Of a stretch of 64,000 nucleotides of DNA, positions 50,673 through 60,931 are shown one piece after another; positions within the stretch are counted from its first letter, which is position 1, and each line of letters opens with the position of its first letter. A model generated the notes under the pieces. That model worked only from the letters and a program-made list of their open reading frames with translations. It was not told the DNA's origin and searched no databases. Both the position numbers and the translations under genes were made by a program. This DNA is from Promethearchaeota archaeon (GTDB taxonomy: Archaea > Asgardarchaeota > Lokiarchaeia > Sigyniarchaeales > SOKP01): NCBI GenBank assembly GCA_016839705.1, contig JAEOTR010000030.1, positions 39,084 to 103,083 of the forward strand, given 5' to 3'.

Positions 50673-50690
50673 GATACAATCCTTTTTTAT

Positions 50691-51563
50691 TTATATTTCA
50701 ATCTCTTCGATTATTCCATTAAAAACTTTATTAATTGGACCTTCCATAAGAACAGTTTTACCGGAATATTCTATTTTAAGGTCTCCTCCGTCGTTGTGTA
50801 CGATAATTGGAGTATATTTTTTGAATATTCCGAGAATAGAACCCGCAACTACGGTAGCGCAAGCTCCCGTTCCACAGGATTTGGTAATACCGACTCCTCT
50901 TTCAAATACTCGCATAATACATTCCTTATCAGAAACGACTTTTACAAATTCTACATTTGTTTTATTTGGAAAACGCTCATGAGCTTCTACCAAACCACCA
51001 TACTTATTCAATTTGTCGTCATTTAACTGTTCTTTAACAAAAATTATCGCATGGGGATTTCCCATTGATACTGCTGTAAATTTGAAAATTTTATCTAAGA
51101 TAGGAATCGGTTCATTTACACATTTATTTGAAAAACCCTCAGATATGACCGGTATTTCTTCACAATTTAAAATTGGAGGTCCCATGTCGATTTGAACACC
51201 CTCAACAATCCCTCCGTTAAGAGTTAATTTAGCACCCATAACTCCCTTAAGTGTTTCAATGCTGATCTCTTCCTTCTTGACAATTTCGTGTTCATAAACA
51301 TACTTTGAAAAGCATCTAATCCCGTTTCCACACATTTCCGCTTCAGAGCCATCATTATTGAATATTCGCATCTTAACATCTGCTTCATTTGAATTATTAA
51401 CAAAGATTAAACCATCCGCACCAATTGAAAAGTGAATTTCGCATAATTTAATTGCTAAATCGGGCTTCTTATTTTCAGGTATATTCCATTTAATATCATT
51501 AATTATGATATAGTCATTTCCAAGGGCGTGGTACTTGGAAAACGATAAATTTTCAAATTTCAT
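50691..51563 (-). CDS. dapF: Diaminopimelate epimerase
   Basis: KYHALGNDY, EMCGNGIRC, MGNPH and ERGVGITKSCGTG motifs. Confidence 0.96.
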   Translation of the reverse strand: MKFENLSFSKYHALGNDYIIINDIKWNIPENKKPDLAIKLCEIHFSIGADGLIFVNNSNEADVKMRIFNNDGSEAEMCGNGIRCFSKYVYEHEIVKKEEISIETLKGVMGAKLTLNGGIVEGVQIDMGPPILNCEEIPVISEGFSNKCVNEPIPILDKIFKFTAVSMGNPHAIIFVKEQLNDDKLNKYGGLVEAHERFPNKTNVEFVKVVSDKECIMRVFERGVGITKSCGTGACATVVAGSILGIFKKYTPIIVHNDGGDLKIEYSGKTVLMEGPINKVFNGIIEEIEI

Positions 51564-51634
51564 TTTAAAATCATCTTGAGTATAGATTAAATCTTATTAT
51601 ATAATAATATCAATAATAAAATTTAAATGTTATT

Positions 51635-51658
51635 TGTGTATATATACATATATACACA
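51635..51658. promoter_or_regulatory. Inverted-repeat operator between dapF and the TrmB-like gene
   Basis: TGTGTATATA-TACA-TATATACACA. Confidence 0.5.
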
Positions 51659-51678
51659 TCTATGTGAGATCATCCATA

Positions 51679-52596
51679 TTGAGAGAAGAAAATTTAGTTG
51701 AATCATTAGAAAACATTGGATTAACTCATAACCAATCATTGATCTATTTCACTTTAATAAAAGCTGGGAAGAATGGAAGTATAGTCCGTGATTTAGATCA
51801 TGCTACTGATATCAAAAGGACTAATATTTACCCTATTTTGCATGAATTAATTGATCTTGGTTGTATTATTGAAGGTGGATATGCCGAAAAATCAAAAAAT
51901 GCAGCAATTTATACTGCTATAGAACCGATATTTTTTATTGACCACCTTATTCAAAAAAAGAGAGACGAAATAAATCACCTACAAAAATTTAAAGAAACCA
52001 ACGCAAAATCATTACAATATATATTTCAAGAGGGGATAGAAATAACTCTCGATGAAATTGATCCAATTTTAAGAGAATATTTTAAGCCATTGATAATGTC
52101 AGGTTGGAAGATTCATTCCATTGTAAAAAGGAATGATATCCCAATGTTTGATTACGAGGTTCATGATTGTATGCTTTATGCACCTCATGCGAGTATCTTA
52201 AAAGATTGTAGCTTCCACTTATTTACATTTGGTTATGATATTCAAAATGATAAAAGTGCCCTTGAATTCTTTACTCAGAGTTTAAAGAGAAAAACGAAAG
52301 AAATAAAATCCTATTTTTTTGATATAAAGCAAATTCAGTTACTAGATGAGAAAGTTGAATTCTTTAACAATACATTTCAAAGCTATAAAATGCGGATTAA
52401 AATTAACGACCTTAAAAATTCAAAATATTTTTCAGAAGAATTGAAAGAAAATACCAATATGAAAAACGACATTTATTTTGAGATTGGAAAGGCAGTTATT
52501 ATGCCCATTAAGAACAAATTATTTTATTTCTGGGCTGAATCTAACCAAATTTTAAGTGAAATTATTGAACCTATTATTAAGATTGAAAAACTTTAA
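51679..52596 (+). CDS. TrmB-family wHTH transcriptional regulator
   Basis: LENIGLTHNQSLIY, IKRTNIYPIL and YTAIEP. ORF opens at 51634; TTG 51679 is the more likely start. Confidence 0.8.
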   Translation: MREENLVESLENIGLTHNQSLIYFTLIKAGKNGSIVRDLDHATDIKRTNIYPILHELIDLGCIIEGGYAEKSKNAAIYTAIEPIFFIDHLIQKKRDEINHLQKFKETNAKSLQYIFQEGIEITLDEIDPILREYFKPLIMSGWKIHSIVKRNDIPMFDYEVHDCMLYAPHASILKDCSFHLFTFGYDIQNDKSALEFFTQSLKRKTKEIKSYFFDIKQIQLLDEKVEFFNNTFQSYKMRIKINDLKNSKYFSEELKENTNMKNDIYFEIGKAVIMPIKNKLFYFWAESNQILSEIIEPIIKIEKL

Positions 52597-52669
52597 TTAA
52601 AAAAATTAAAATGAAAAATTTTAAAATTTGTAATGAAATATCTATTTTATTAGAATTCGAAGTTACAAC

Positions 52670-53185
52670 ATGATGAATAAGAAAAAAGTCATCTTGCTTT
52701 TATCCTTATTTTTCTTCTTGGTACCAACCATTAATGTCAAAGCTTTTTCATATATTGACTATATTAATAATGGAAATTATGCCTTTTTTTTATTCGACCT
52801 GGGAACAGGAAATAGTACTGAAATCAGCGTTACTCATGACGAGAATGGAAATTTTACTCTTTTTCTGTTTAACACACGCCCGATTGAAGCGTATGTGAAA
52901 GGTGATAAAACTCTTGATAATCGGATTTTTAGTCACGTAATTAGCTCTAGTTTGATTGATAGCCCTTATATTAATTTTACCGCCCCAGAAACTAAAGTTT
53001 ATTATATAGAGGTAATATTAGTAGGTGGCGGACCAGATACTTATACTTTAACAAGCACCAAGGACTTAACCCGATATTATCTTCCAATTATTCCAGGATT
53101 TCAAACTGAATTACTTTTGTTTTCATCAATTCTCTCAGTAGGATTAATTCTTATATTATATAAAAAAAAAATAAGGAAAAATTAG
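52670..53185 (+). CDS. Secreted cell-surface protein with an IPGF-TM-basic C-terminal sorting signal (PGF-/Loki-CTERM-like)
   Basis: Signal peptide ending VKA; C-terminal IIPGF, TM helix, KKKIRKN. Confidence 0.8.
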   Translation: MMNKKKVILLLSLFFFLVPTINVKAFSYIDYINNGNYAFFLFDLGTGNSTEISVTHDENGNFTLFLFNTRPIEAYVKGDKTLDNRIFSHVISSSLIDSPYINFTAPETKVYYIEVILVGGGPDTYTLTSTKDLTRYYLPIIPGFQTELLLFSSILSVGLILILYKKKIRKN

Positions 53186-53304
53186 AGCAACATTTTTAAT
53201 TATCCTATATATATTTTCTTTTAAGTGATTTTTCTAAGTTATCATTACAATTAGATCATTTTTTACTTAAAATTCTATAGTTAGAAAGCTAAAAGGTAAA
53301 AAAA

Positions 53305-54978
53305 ATGTATGAAAAAAAACCTTGGATAAAGTTTTATGACGGTCATGTTCCTGAACATATTGATTACGCTCGAACCACCATGTACAACGCGGTGGTAAAA
53401 ACTGCAGAAAAATATCCCCATTCAATTGCTTATGATTTTATGGATAACGAATCTACTTATCAACAGATGGTTGAACAAATAGATCAATGTGCTAGAAGTT
53501 TAGCTAATTTAGGATTAAAACCTGGGGATAGAATGACCATAGCGATGCCAACATCTCCTCAAGGAGTCATTTGCTTTTACGCAATAAATAAAATTGGTGC
53601 AATCGCTAGTATGATCCACCCACTAAGTCCACCTAAACAAATAGAATTCTTTTTGAATCTAAGTAGAAGTAATTTTGCCCTTACGATTGATAGTGTATAT
53701 CCAAATTTCAAACAAATTTTAAGTAACACGAATCTGAAAGGATTAATTCTAACTCAATTTAGCCAAGATGAAATAGATGTGGTAGACTCTCAGCTAATAT
53801 TCCGGTGGAATGATATCATGGCGAAGTCATATCCGGAAACACCTGAATTTAAGAAGGATCCTGATGAAATGGCAGTCATTTTATATTCGGGAGGGACAAC
53901 TGGAGTACCAAAAGGTATAATGCTTTCAAATTACAATTTTATAGCAGAGGGAACACAAGTTGCTACTTGGATGAATATGTCAGATAAGGATTCTTCACTT
54001 GCAATATTGCCGATTTTTCATGGATTTGGATTAGGAGTATGTGTTAATGCAATATTCATGGGAGGGGGTAAAAGTATCCTAGTTCCATCATTTACTCCCG
54101 ATCAAGTTGCTGATTTAATTAAAAATAAAAAACCAACTTTAATCTTTGGTGTACCTACTTTATATGAAGCCCTTAATAGAAACAAAAAATTTCAGAAAAC
54201 AAACCTAAGTTTCTTAAAAGCAGCCTTTTGTGGTGCCGATACATTAGCACGTACTACAAAGGAAAAATTTGAAGAGATTTGCAAAAATAATGGTTCTGAT
54301 GTTCAACTTCGTGAAGGATATGGATTGACCGAAGCTGTTACAGGAATATGTGCTATGCCCTTAGGAGAATACAGGGAGAGAAGCATCGGTATTCCAATGT
54401 CAGATATGATGATGAAAGTAGTAGAAATTGGAACCATTAATGAAGTTTCGGCTGACCAAGAAGGTGAATTGTGTATTCATGGACCTGCTGTCATGTTAGG
54501 GTATTTGAATAAACCTGAAGAGACAGCAAAAACACTTAAAAAGCATGATGATGGAAAAATTTGGTTACATACTGGAGACATTGCCACTATGGATAAGGAT
54601 GGATTCTTTTATTTCAAACTTCGGCTAAAGCGAATGATTAAATCCTCTGGTTTTAATGTCTATCCTGCTCAGGTAGAGGATATTCTTTATAAACACCCAG
54701 ATGTTCTCGAAGCTTGTGTTATAGGAGTACCTGATGAAAAACAAGTACAAACAGTGAAAGCTTTTGTTGTTTTAAATGATGGATATAAGGAGACCCCAAA
54801 TTTAGCAAAAGATATTATTAAATTTTGTCAAGAAAATTTGTTAAAATGGTGTTGTCCAAGAGAAATTGAGTTTAGTAAGCAACTACCAAAAACTCTTGTT
54901 GGAAAAATTGATTTTAAGTTATTAGAGGAACAAGAAAAGGAAAAGTTAAAAGCAGTCGGGAAATTCTTTGGAGAATAA
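53305..54978 (+). CDS. Long-chain acyl-CoA synthetase (AMP-binding)
   Basis: YSGGTTGVPKG, EGYGLTE, HTGD and LPKTLVGK motifs. Confidence 0.92.
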   Translation: MYEKKPWIKFYDGHVPEHIDYARTTMYNAVVKTAEKYPHSIAYDFMDNESTYQQMVEQIDQCARSLANLGLKPGDRMTIAMPTSPQGVICFYAINKIGAIASMIHPLSPPKQIEFFLNLSRSNFALTIDSVYPNFKQILSNTNLKGLILTQFSQDEIDVVDSQLIFRWNDIMAKSYPETPEFKKDPDEMAVILYSGGTTGVPKGIMLSNYNFIAEGTQVATWMNMSDKDSSLAILPIFHGFGLGVCVNAIFMGGGKSILVPSFTPDQVADLIKNKKPTLIFGVPTLYEALNRNKKFQKTNLSFLKAAFCGADTLARTTKEKFEEICKNNGSDVQLREGYGLTEAVTGICAMPLGEYRERSIGIPMSDMMMKVVEIGTINEVSADQEGELCIHGPAVMLGYLNKPEETAKTLKKHDDGKIWLHTGDIATMDKDGFFYFKLRLKRMIKSSGFNVYPAQVEDILYKHPDVLEACVIGVPDEKQVQTVKAFVVLNDGYKETPNLAKDIIKFCQENLLKWCCPREIEFSKQLPKTLVGKIDFKLLEEQEKEKLKAVGKFFGE

Positions 54979-55153
54979 TTCTTATATTTATGTTTTAATA
55001 TGTACCGAGGAATAAACCAGATATTATCTTCCAATAATTCCCGGTTACCCAATCGAAATTATAATTTTTTCGACTATTGCTGCGATTGGAGTACTTTTAT
55101 TATTATTTAAGATGAGGAGAGTACAGATAAATTTCTCCTAAACCTACACTCCC

Positions 55154-57049
55154 TCATTTATTTGTAAATATTTCTTTAATAAATCCTTCTAAAAAGGGAA
55201 AATCTTTTACCTCAATAACTTGGTTTGTCTGATTAAATTTATTTAGTATCTGCATCATGGAAGTATTCTTTTGAAAGTTCTCTGTAAAATTAGCTAATTT
55301 TTTTTTAGCTATATATGTCTGACCCTTGAATACATAACAAAAAGAAAAATCCGCGATATTGTTCATAAGAACAGTATATTGACCGAACTTAGCTCGATCA
55401 AGCCCCACGGAGAAAACTTCATCACTAAACGAAGTAAGAGCAGATAAAAAGCCCCCGAAAATCTCATCTTCGATTTTTATTTCATCAGAAAAAGGATATG
55501 AAAATAGGAGAATCCCCCCTCCTGCTAGTATTAAAAGCAACACGGGTTCTTCATTAATCAACTCTGGTGCCTTTATCGCACGTTTTCGCTGCAAAAGTTC
55601 TACTGATTCATTTAATGATGCTAAAGCCATTCGTTCTGAGATGGGAGCATCAGATGCTTTGAATTCCTCCCATTTATCTAGTTGCTCCAATAAGTTATCG
55701 TGTTCAGTTGAAATAGCACGGGCTAACAATTGAAGACTATGTTCCTCAGCAATGTGCTGAGCTTGAGTTAAATATCGTCGAGTATCCCCCATATTCATCT
55801 GAAGCAAAGAAATTTTCCCATATAATAAATGTGCTTGAGCTTGTAAAGTATAAGAATTTGTCCGTTCTGATTCCTTTAGTAGTCTTATAACAAGTGGTTT
55901 AATATCATCAATTATTTTTAAATTATTAGTTGAACGCAATTCTTCAAGATAATAATCACATAGTTCGATTAAAACTTCTGAGAATTCCTCTGATAGTCCG
56001 TGATTTGCTATTGATTTCGTAGATTTATGCTTCTCTGTTAATTGTTTTAGAATTTTCTCAGCTTCAGCTCGATCTCGAATACGTGAGCTTGATCTTAACA
56101 ATCGTGCTTTTGACAATCTATACCAGGGGTATTTTTCTGATTTTTTGTTTTGTTCTAGATAATGAGAGAAACGTTCTAGGTATTCTTGTGCTTCATCAGG
56201 AGAATCCTTGTATAAAAACACTTTTATCAAGCTGGTGTAATCGACTGAGACCCAAGCAACCCAGAGTCCAGGTGTGGTTTGTTCGAATATTTTCAAACTT
56301 TTTTTTAAATATTCAATTGCTTGGTCTAGATCTCCTTTTTGAAAAAAAATTGTACCAATAAATTGGTAAAGCCCTGCTCGTCCCATTTTAGTTATTAAAC
56401 TACTTCCCTTGTAAAGAGCCAAACTCTCTTCATTATATTTTAATGCTAAATCTAATTCCCCTTTGAAAGTGTAAGAACCTCCTAGTATATTTAAAACATG
56501 AGGTACAATGGATAAAGATATATAATAATTTTTAAAAATTTCCAGACACTTTTTATGGTGTTTTATAGCTTTATCATAATTATGCTCCCAATAATGGAAA
56601 TAACCCTTCATAAAAAATAGATAACCCTCTCTCAGTTTAACCTCGTAAGGAGGTTCTTGTGATGCTGATTTAAGCAATTTCTCACAAGATACAACATCTT
56701 CCCATAACTTAGGAGCTCTTCCTAGTAGAACCATAATTTGCCATTTTAAAAAGATAGAATCAATTATAAGCAAGGGTTTATTCTGCTTTCTACTCTCCTG
56801 ATAATTTTCTTCTACTATTTTAAGACATTCTTGAACTCTTCCCATATAAAACAAAATAAATGCTTTAAGACCCCGATAATTATGTAGATCATCTTGATTT
56901 AGTTCTTCTACATTTTCAAAATTCGCTATTGATTCTAAAGCTTCCTCTTCTTTTCCCTCATTTAAAAGATTCAACGCTTGTTCTAATTCCTTATGCATTG
57001 GAATTCGTATGAGATTTTTATCTTTTTGTCTTTCTTGTATAAAATTCAT
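55154..57049 (-). CDS. TPR-repeat protein with C-terminal longin-like domain
   Basis: TPR units (KGELDLALKY, KGDLDQAIEY); C-terminal GILLFSYPF...FGGFLSALTSF. Confidence 0.8.
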   Translation of the reverse strand: MNFIQERQKDKNLIRIPMHKELEQALNLLNEGKEEEALESIANFENVEELNQDDLHNYRGLKAFILFYMGRVQECLKIVEENYQESRKQNKPLLIIDSIFLKWQIMVLLGRAPKLWEDVVSCEKLLKSASQEPPYEVKLREGYLFFMKGYFHYWEHNYDKAIKHHKKCLEIFKNYYISLSIVPHVLNILGGSYTFKGELDLALKYNEESLALYKGSSLITKMGRAGLYQFIGTIFFQKGDLDQAIEYLKKSLKIFEQTTPGLWVAWVSVDYTSLIKVFLYKDSPDEAQEYLERFSHYLEQNKKSEKYPWYRLSKARLLRSSSRIRDRAEAEKILKQLTEKHKSTKSIANHGLSEEFSEVLIELCDYYLEELRSTNNLKIIDDIKPLVIRLLKESERTNSYTLQAQAHLLYGKISLLQMNMGDTRRYLTQAQHIAEEHSLQLLARAISTEHDNLLEQLDKWEEFKASDAPISERMALASLNESVELLQRKRAIKAPELINEEPVLLLILAGGGILLFSYPFSDEIKIEDEIFGGFLSALTSFSDEVFSVGLDRAKFGQYTVLMNNIADFSFCYVFKGQTYIAKKKLANFTENFQKNTSMMQILNKFNQTNQVIEVKDFPFLEGFIKEIFTNK

Positions 57050-57224
57050 GTATATCGATGGGTTTTTTCTTATTATTGATTTCTAATTCTTATTGATTTC
57101 TACACTTTAGTTAAAAATTAAGAAGATAATTTTCCTTAAAAGATTAATTCTTATCGATCTTTTTATCTCTTAGATAAGCTTCTAATTTAACAGTATTATA
57201 CATTATCAAAATTCAACATGCTAT

Positions 57225-57237
57225 GACGAATTTCGTC
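57225..57237. promoter_or_regulatory. Palindrome upstream of the cdhD TATA box
   Basis: GACGAA-T-TTCGTC about 10 nt upstream of TTTAAATA. Confidence 0.4.
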
Positions 57238-57321
57238 GCACTCCCCTTTTAAATAAACTTAAATTCAATTCTACAATTCCCTATCTATCAAAATACTAAA
57301 TAACAAAAAAAGTGATGTAAG

Positions 57322-58515
57322 ATATCTTTTAACGAGTTAAGTAAAAAATTAGCGGAATTTATGAAAGATACCGAAGAAGTCGAACTTAATGACGTAGATC
57401 TATTCGCTGAGTATCTTGAACTCCAAATGTTACCTGGAATCGTTCAAACTGCGGCTCAAGCTGTTCTACCAGGGGTGCCAGGAAAAGCTGAATGGACTCC
57501 AGCCAAATTCGCACTCGATTTAGACTATCCCGGGAAAATCCAAACAATAGAATTTATTCGATCAAATGGGAAAAAGGCGGTTATTGGAGGGGAAGTAGTA
57601 CCACCCTTTTACAATTTTCTTGGATTAGATAAAAGGAATCCGAACCCTCCCTTAGTCACTTATGATGTATTTGACATGGGTGCAGATATGATGCTTCCTA
57701 AACCAATTAAAGAGCAATATGGAGATGTTTTAGCTAATCCTGCTGAATGGGCTAAATTTGCTGTTAACAAGTTTGGAGCTGAATGCATAACATTTCATTC
57801 GCTCTCGATAGATCCCGCGATGGGCGATAAACCTGTCTCGCAATCTCGGAAATTTCTTGAAGATATTCTCCAAGCTGTTGACGTTCCAGTTATTATCGGA
57901 TGTTCTGGAAATAAAAAGAAGGATGTAGAATTGTTTGAAGTTACCGCAGCAGCAACAGAAAGCGAAGTTTTAATGCTTTCAGCAGCAGATAAGGCTACTT
58001 GGGAAGAAGTAATCCCCCTAGCAGTCAAATACGACCATAATTGTCTTCTATGGACAAGTTTAGACTTGAACAATCAAATTAAAATGAATAAGGATGCATT
58101 AGAATTAGGACTTGCTCCCAACCGAATAGTTATGGATCCTACATGTGCCACTTTGGGCTATGGGATGGAATATTCTTTCAGTATTTACCAACGGATGCGA
58201 ATAGCAGGATTATTAGGAGAAACTGATTTAGCATATCCTATAAGCGGAGGAACTACAAACGCCTGGGGTGCACGTGAAGCATGGATGAGTGAAAAAATAG
58301 CACCAGAATGGGGGCTGAGGGAGTATCGAGGCCCTATGTGGGAAATTATAAATGCTTTATGTTTAAGCCTTGTAGGACTTGATTTGGCTATGATGTTTCA
58401 CCCTATTGCCGCCAAACATGTAAAAGAGATAACAACCCAATTCTTTAAAGCTGTACCAAAAGAGTTAGAAGCAAAAGGCTATACCGATTGGGTTAACGCC
58501 AATTTGAAACGTTAA
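57322..58515 (+). CDS. cdhD: Corrinoid iron-sulfur protein small subunit (ACDS delta)
   Basis: IGGE..PFY, PAEWAK, IIGCSGN..KD, MDPT...LGYGMEY, NAWGAREAW and MMFHP. First ATG at 57361; possible ATA start at 57322. Confidence 0.92.
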   Translation: MSFNELSKKLAEFMKDTEEVELNDVDLFAEYLELQMLPGIVQTAAQAVLPGVPGKAEWTPAKFALDLDYPGKIQTIEFIRSNGKKAVIGGEVVPPFYNFLGLDKRNPNPPLVTYDVFDMGADMMLPKPIKEQYGDVLANPAEWAKFAVNKFGAECITFHSLSIDPAMGDKPVSQSRKFLEDILQAVDVPVIIGCSGNKKKDVELFEVTAAATESEVLMLSAADKATWEEVIPLAVKYDHNCLLWTSLDLNNQIKMNKDALELGLAPNRIVMDPTCATLGYGMEYSFSIYQRMRIAGLLGETDLAYPISGGTTNAWGAREAWMSEKIAPEWGLREYRGPMWEIINALCLSLVGLDLAMMFHPIAAKHVKEITTQFFKAVPKELEAKGYTDWVNANLKR

Positions 58516-58593
58516 CTTCAATTTTTCTTTTTTTACAAAAAAAGAATATATTTTTTTAAATTTTTTTATATCATATCTATTCCTTGAAATTGT

Positions 58594-58911
58594 CTATTCG
58601 ACACATTTCCATGAATCAGTGATTAAATGATATTCGGAGAATTTATCACTAATTTTAGACAGGGGGTTTTTATGTTGGCTTTCTACTTTTATTACTTCAC
58701 CTACTAATTCAATTTTTTCTTTACAAGAGATTGAATTTTTGGTATATACTACAATCTGATGACCATCGCTCAAATCAAAATAATTCATAAATGGATGAGA
58801 ATCAATATAGGTAGTAAGATGTTGCCGTATAGCTTTACCTATTTCCCCAACAATCTTAACTTTTTTTCCAAGATTATTAGTAAGATCAAAATAATTAGAA
58901 ACAGTATCCAT
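58594..58911 (-). CDS. Small OB-fold-like protein
   Basis: GKKVKIVGEI...IELVGEV...EYHLITDSW beta-barrel pattern. Confidence 0.6.
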   Translation of the reverse strand: MDTVSNYFDLTNNLGKKVKIVGEIGKAIRQHLTTYIDSHPFMNYFDLSDGHQIVVYTKNSISCKEKIELVGEVIKVESQHKNPLSKISDKFSEYHLITDSWKCVE

Positions 58912-59071
58912 AATTATGTTTTTTTAGGCAATTCTAAATTATTTGATATTTAATATGATTATAAAGTTTATATCATTTATTTGATACACTTCACATTAAA
59001 CAATATTTTAAATTATTATATCAATTAAATAAGTAATTAATAGTGGAGTTGAAATACAGAGGTAATTTCAT

Positions 59072-59857
59072 TTGGATAATGAAGATGTTGGTAGATACTG
59101 GGATGAAAATGCGGAAAATTGGACAAAGCTTGTAAGAATGGGATATGATCGCTATAGGAACTTAGTTAATTCTCCTGCTTTTTTTAAAATGCTGCCAGAA
59201 GTTTTAAATTTAGAAGGATTAGATATTGGTTGCGGAGAAGGATATAATACAAAGATAACGGCAAAGTTAGGAGCAAAAGTTACGGCAATTGATATTTCTA
59301 AAGTGTTTATCCAGTATGCAAATCAAAGTGAAGAAAAGGAACCATTGGGTATTAAATATCAAGTTGCTAGTGGGACAAATCTTCCCTTTTCAAACGATCA
59401 CTTTGACTTTGCAATAGCTACAATGAGTCTTATGGATATGGCAGATAACGAGAAAGCAATACAAGAAGCCTATAGAGTCATAAAATCTGGGGGATTCTTT
59501 CAGTTTTCAATTCTCCATCCTTGTTTTGCCGATCCTGATCATGAATGGGTTAGAAATGAAGAAGGAAAAAAGATTGGTTTTGTTGTAAAAAATTATTTTA
59601 AGAAACACAATGGAGAACTTGAAGAATGGATATTCGGTGCAGCTCCTAAAGAGATTACTGAAAAAATGAAAAATTTCATAGTCCCACGTTTTTCTCGAAC
59701 TTTATCTGAATGGTTAAATTTGTTAATTGAAAACGGTTTCATCTTAGAAAGATTTTGTGAACCTTATACAGATGATGAAATTTTAAAGAAATTTCCAGAG
59801 GGTTATGAAGCTTGGGTTATTCCATGGTTTTTGATTATTCGCTGTCGAAAACCCTAA
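59072..59857 (+). CDS. Class I SAM-dependent methyltransferase
   Basis: LDIGCGEG, FSILHPCF and RTLSEW motifs. Confidence 0.9.
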   Translation: MDNEDVGRYWDENAENWTKLVRMGYDRYRNLVNSPAFFKMLPEVLNLEGLDIGCGEGYNTKITAKLGAKVTAIDISKVFIQYANQSEEKEPLGIKYQVASGTNLPFSNDHFDFAIATMSLMDMADNEKAIQEAYRVIKSGGFFQFSILHPCFADPDHEWVRNEEGKKIGFVVKNYFKKHNGELEEWIFGAAPKEITEKMKNFIVPRFSRTLSEWLNLLIENGFILERFCEPYTDDEILKKFPEGYEAWVIPWFLIIRCRKP

Positions 59858-60930
59858 TTAAAATTAAGTGGGTATGTGCCCCATTTTTTTATTGCTTTTG
59901 GAATTTCCATAATGTTGTTCAATGAAACGCCCCATGGAAGACAACAAATAGGGCCAACTACATATCTTCCACCAGTTGCTAAATTCATGATGTTTTCTTT
60001 TACTTTATTTTCAACATCTTGGGGAGTACCATTTAATAATTCTCGACTTACATCAATATTTGCTCCTATAATTGTCACATTTGGGAATTTTTCTTTAAAA
60101 TTTACCCAATATTCAATATCTAAAGGATGTGAGCCATTGACAGCTAATAGATCAATTTCCTTACAAACTTCATCGAAGTACGGGGTCGTGCCACAATTAT
60201 GGAGTATTATACTGGCTTTCGTTTCTTTTTGGATTCGTTTAATAAACTGCCCCTCAAATTTCATTGCATCTTCGAAACTCATCATGTGTTTGTTAAAAGA
60301 ATAACCAGTAAAGAAAATCATTCCAATCCCTCCTACTTTTTCCTTGTAAAAATTAAGGATATCCATCTGTGATTTATATACTTTTTCACATAATTTTAAT
60401 AATAAATCCGGATTACGACGCATGTCTCTATAAGCTTGTATACCTCTTAATTCTTGAACTACAGACCAAATTCCAAGACATAACCCACCCATTCCTAGTT
60501 TTTTATTAATTATATCAAGAGCGGAAATACATGTATCCCATACAGAAATTTTTCTATGATCTGGGATTTCAAGTTTATCAATATCTTCTTCTGTCTTGCA
60601 TACAACACCTTGTTTTGCCATGAAAACTTTATAATCGAACCATTTTATAGATTCCTTTTTGTTATTTGCTTCAGCAAAAGCCAATGCTTCTCCCGGACCG
60701 GCATAGGCCGTTGGAATCGAAATCGTATCCGCTTTTAAAAATTCAAATGTTGTAATAGCAGCATTAGCATAATTTTTTGGAGAAGCTATGATTTCTTTAT
60801 AAGTTTTACCTGTTATTCGACAAATCATTTCTTCACAAGCTAATGGAAAATAAGGTACCCTATCAATTTCATTTGTCCCAAAAAATGTTCCGATGATTCT
60901 TTTTCTTGATGCATCCCAATCATATGGCAA
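59854..60930 (-). CDS. URO-D family methylcobamide methyltransferase (MtaA/MT2-like)
   Basis: DRVP, ILHNCG, GTPQDV and GPICC motifs; coupled to the corrinoid protein gene. Confidence 0.85.
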   Translation of the reverse strand: MPYDWDASRKRIIGTFFGTNEIDRVPYFPLACEEMICRITGKTYKEIIASPKNYANAAITTFEFLKADTISIPTAYAGPGEALAFAEANNKKESIKWFDYKVFMAKQGVVCKTEEDIDKLEIPDHRKISVWDTCISALDIINKKLGMGGLCLGIWSVVQELRGIQAYRDMRRNPDLLLKLCEKVYKSQMDILNFYKEKVGGIGMIFFTGYSFNKHMMSFEDAMKFEGQFIKRIQKETKASIILHNCGTTPYFDEVCKEIDLLAVNGSHPLDIEYWVNFKEKFPNVTIIGANIDVSRELLNGTPQDVENKVKENIMNLATGGRYVVGPICCLPWGVSLNNIMEIPKAIKKWGTYPLNFN

Positions 60931-60931
60931 T

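Noticed and set aside
57068-57101. Short direct repeat TTATTGATTTCTA (two copies)
   Set aside because: Two AT-rich copies only; no function can be supported.
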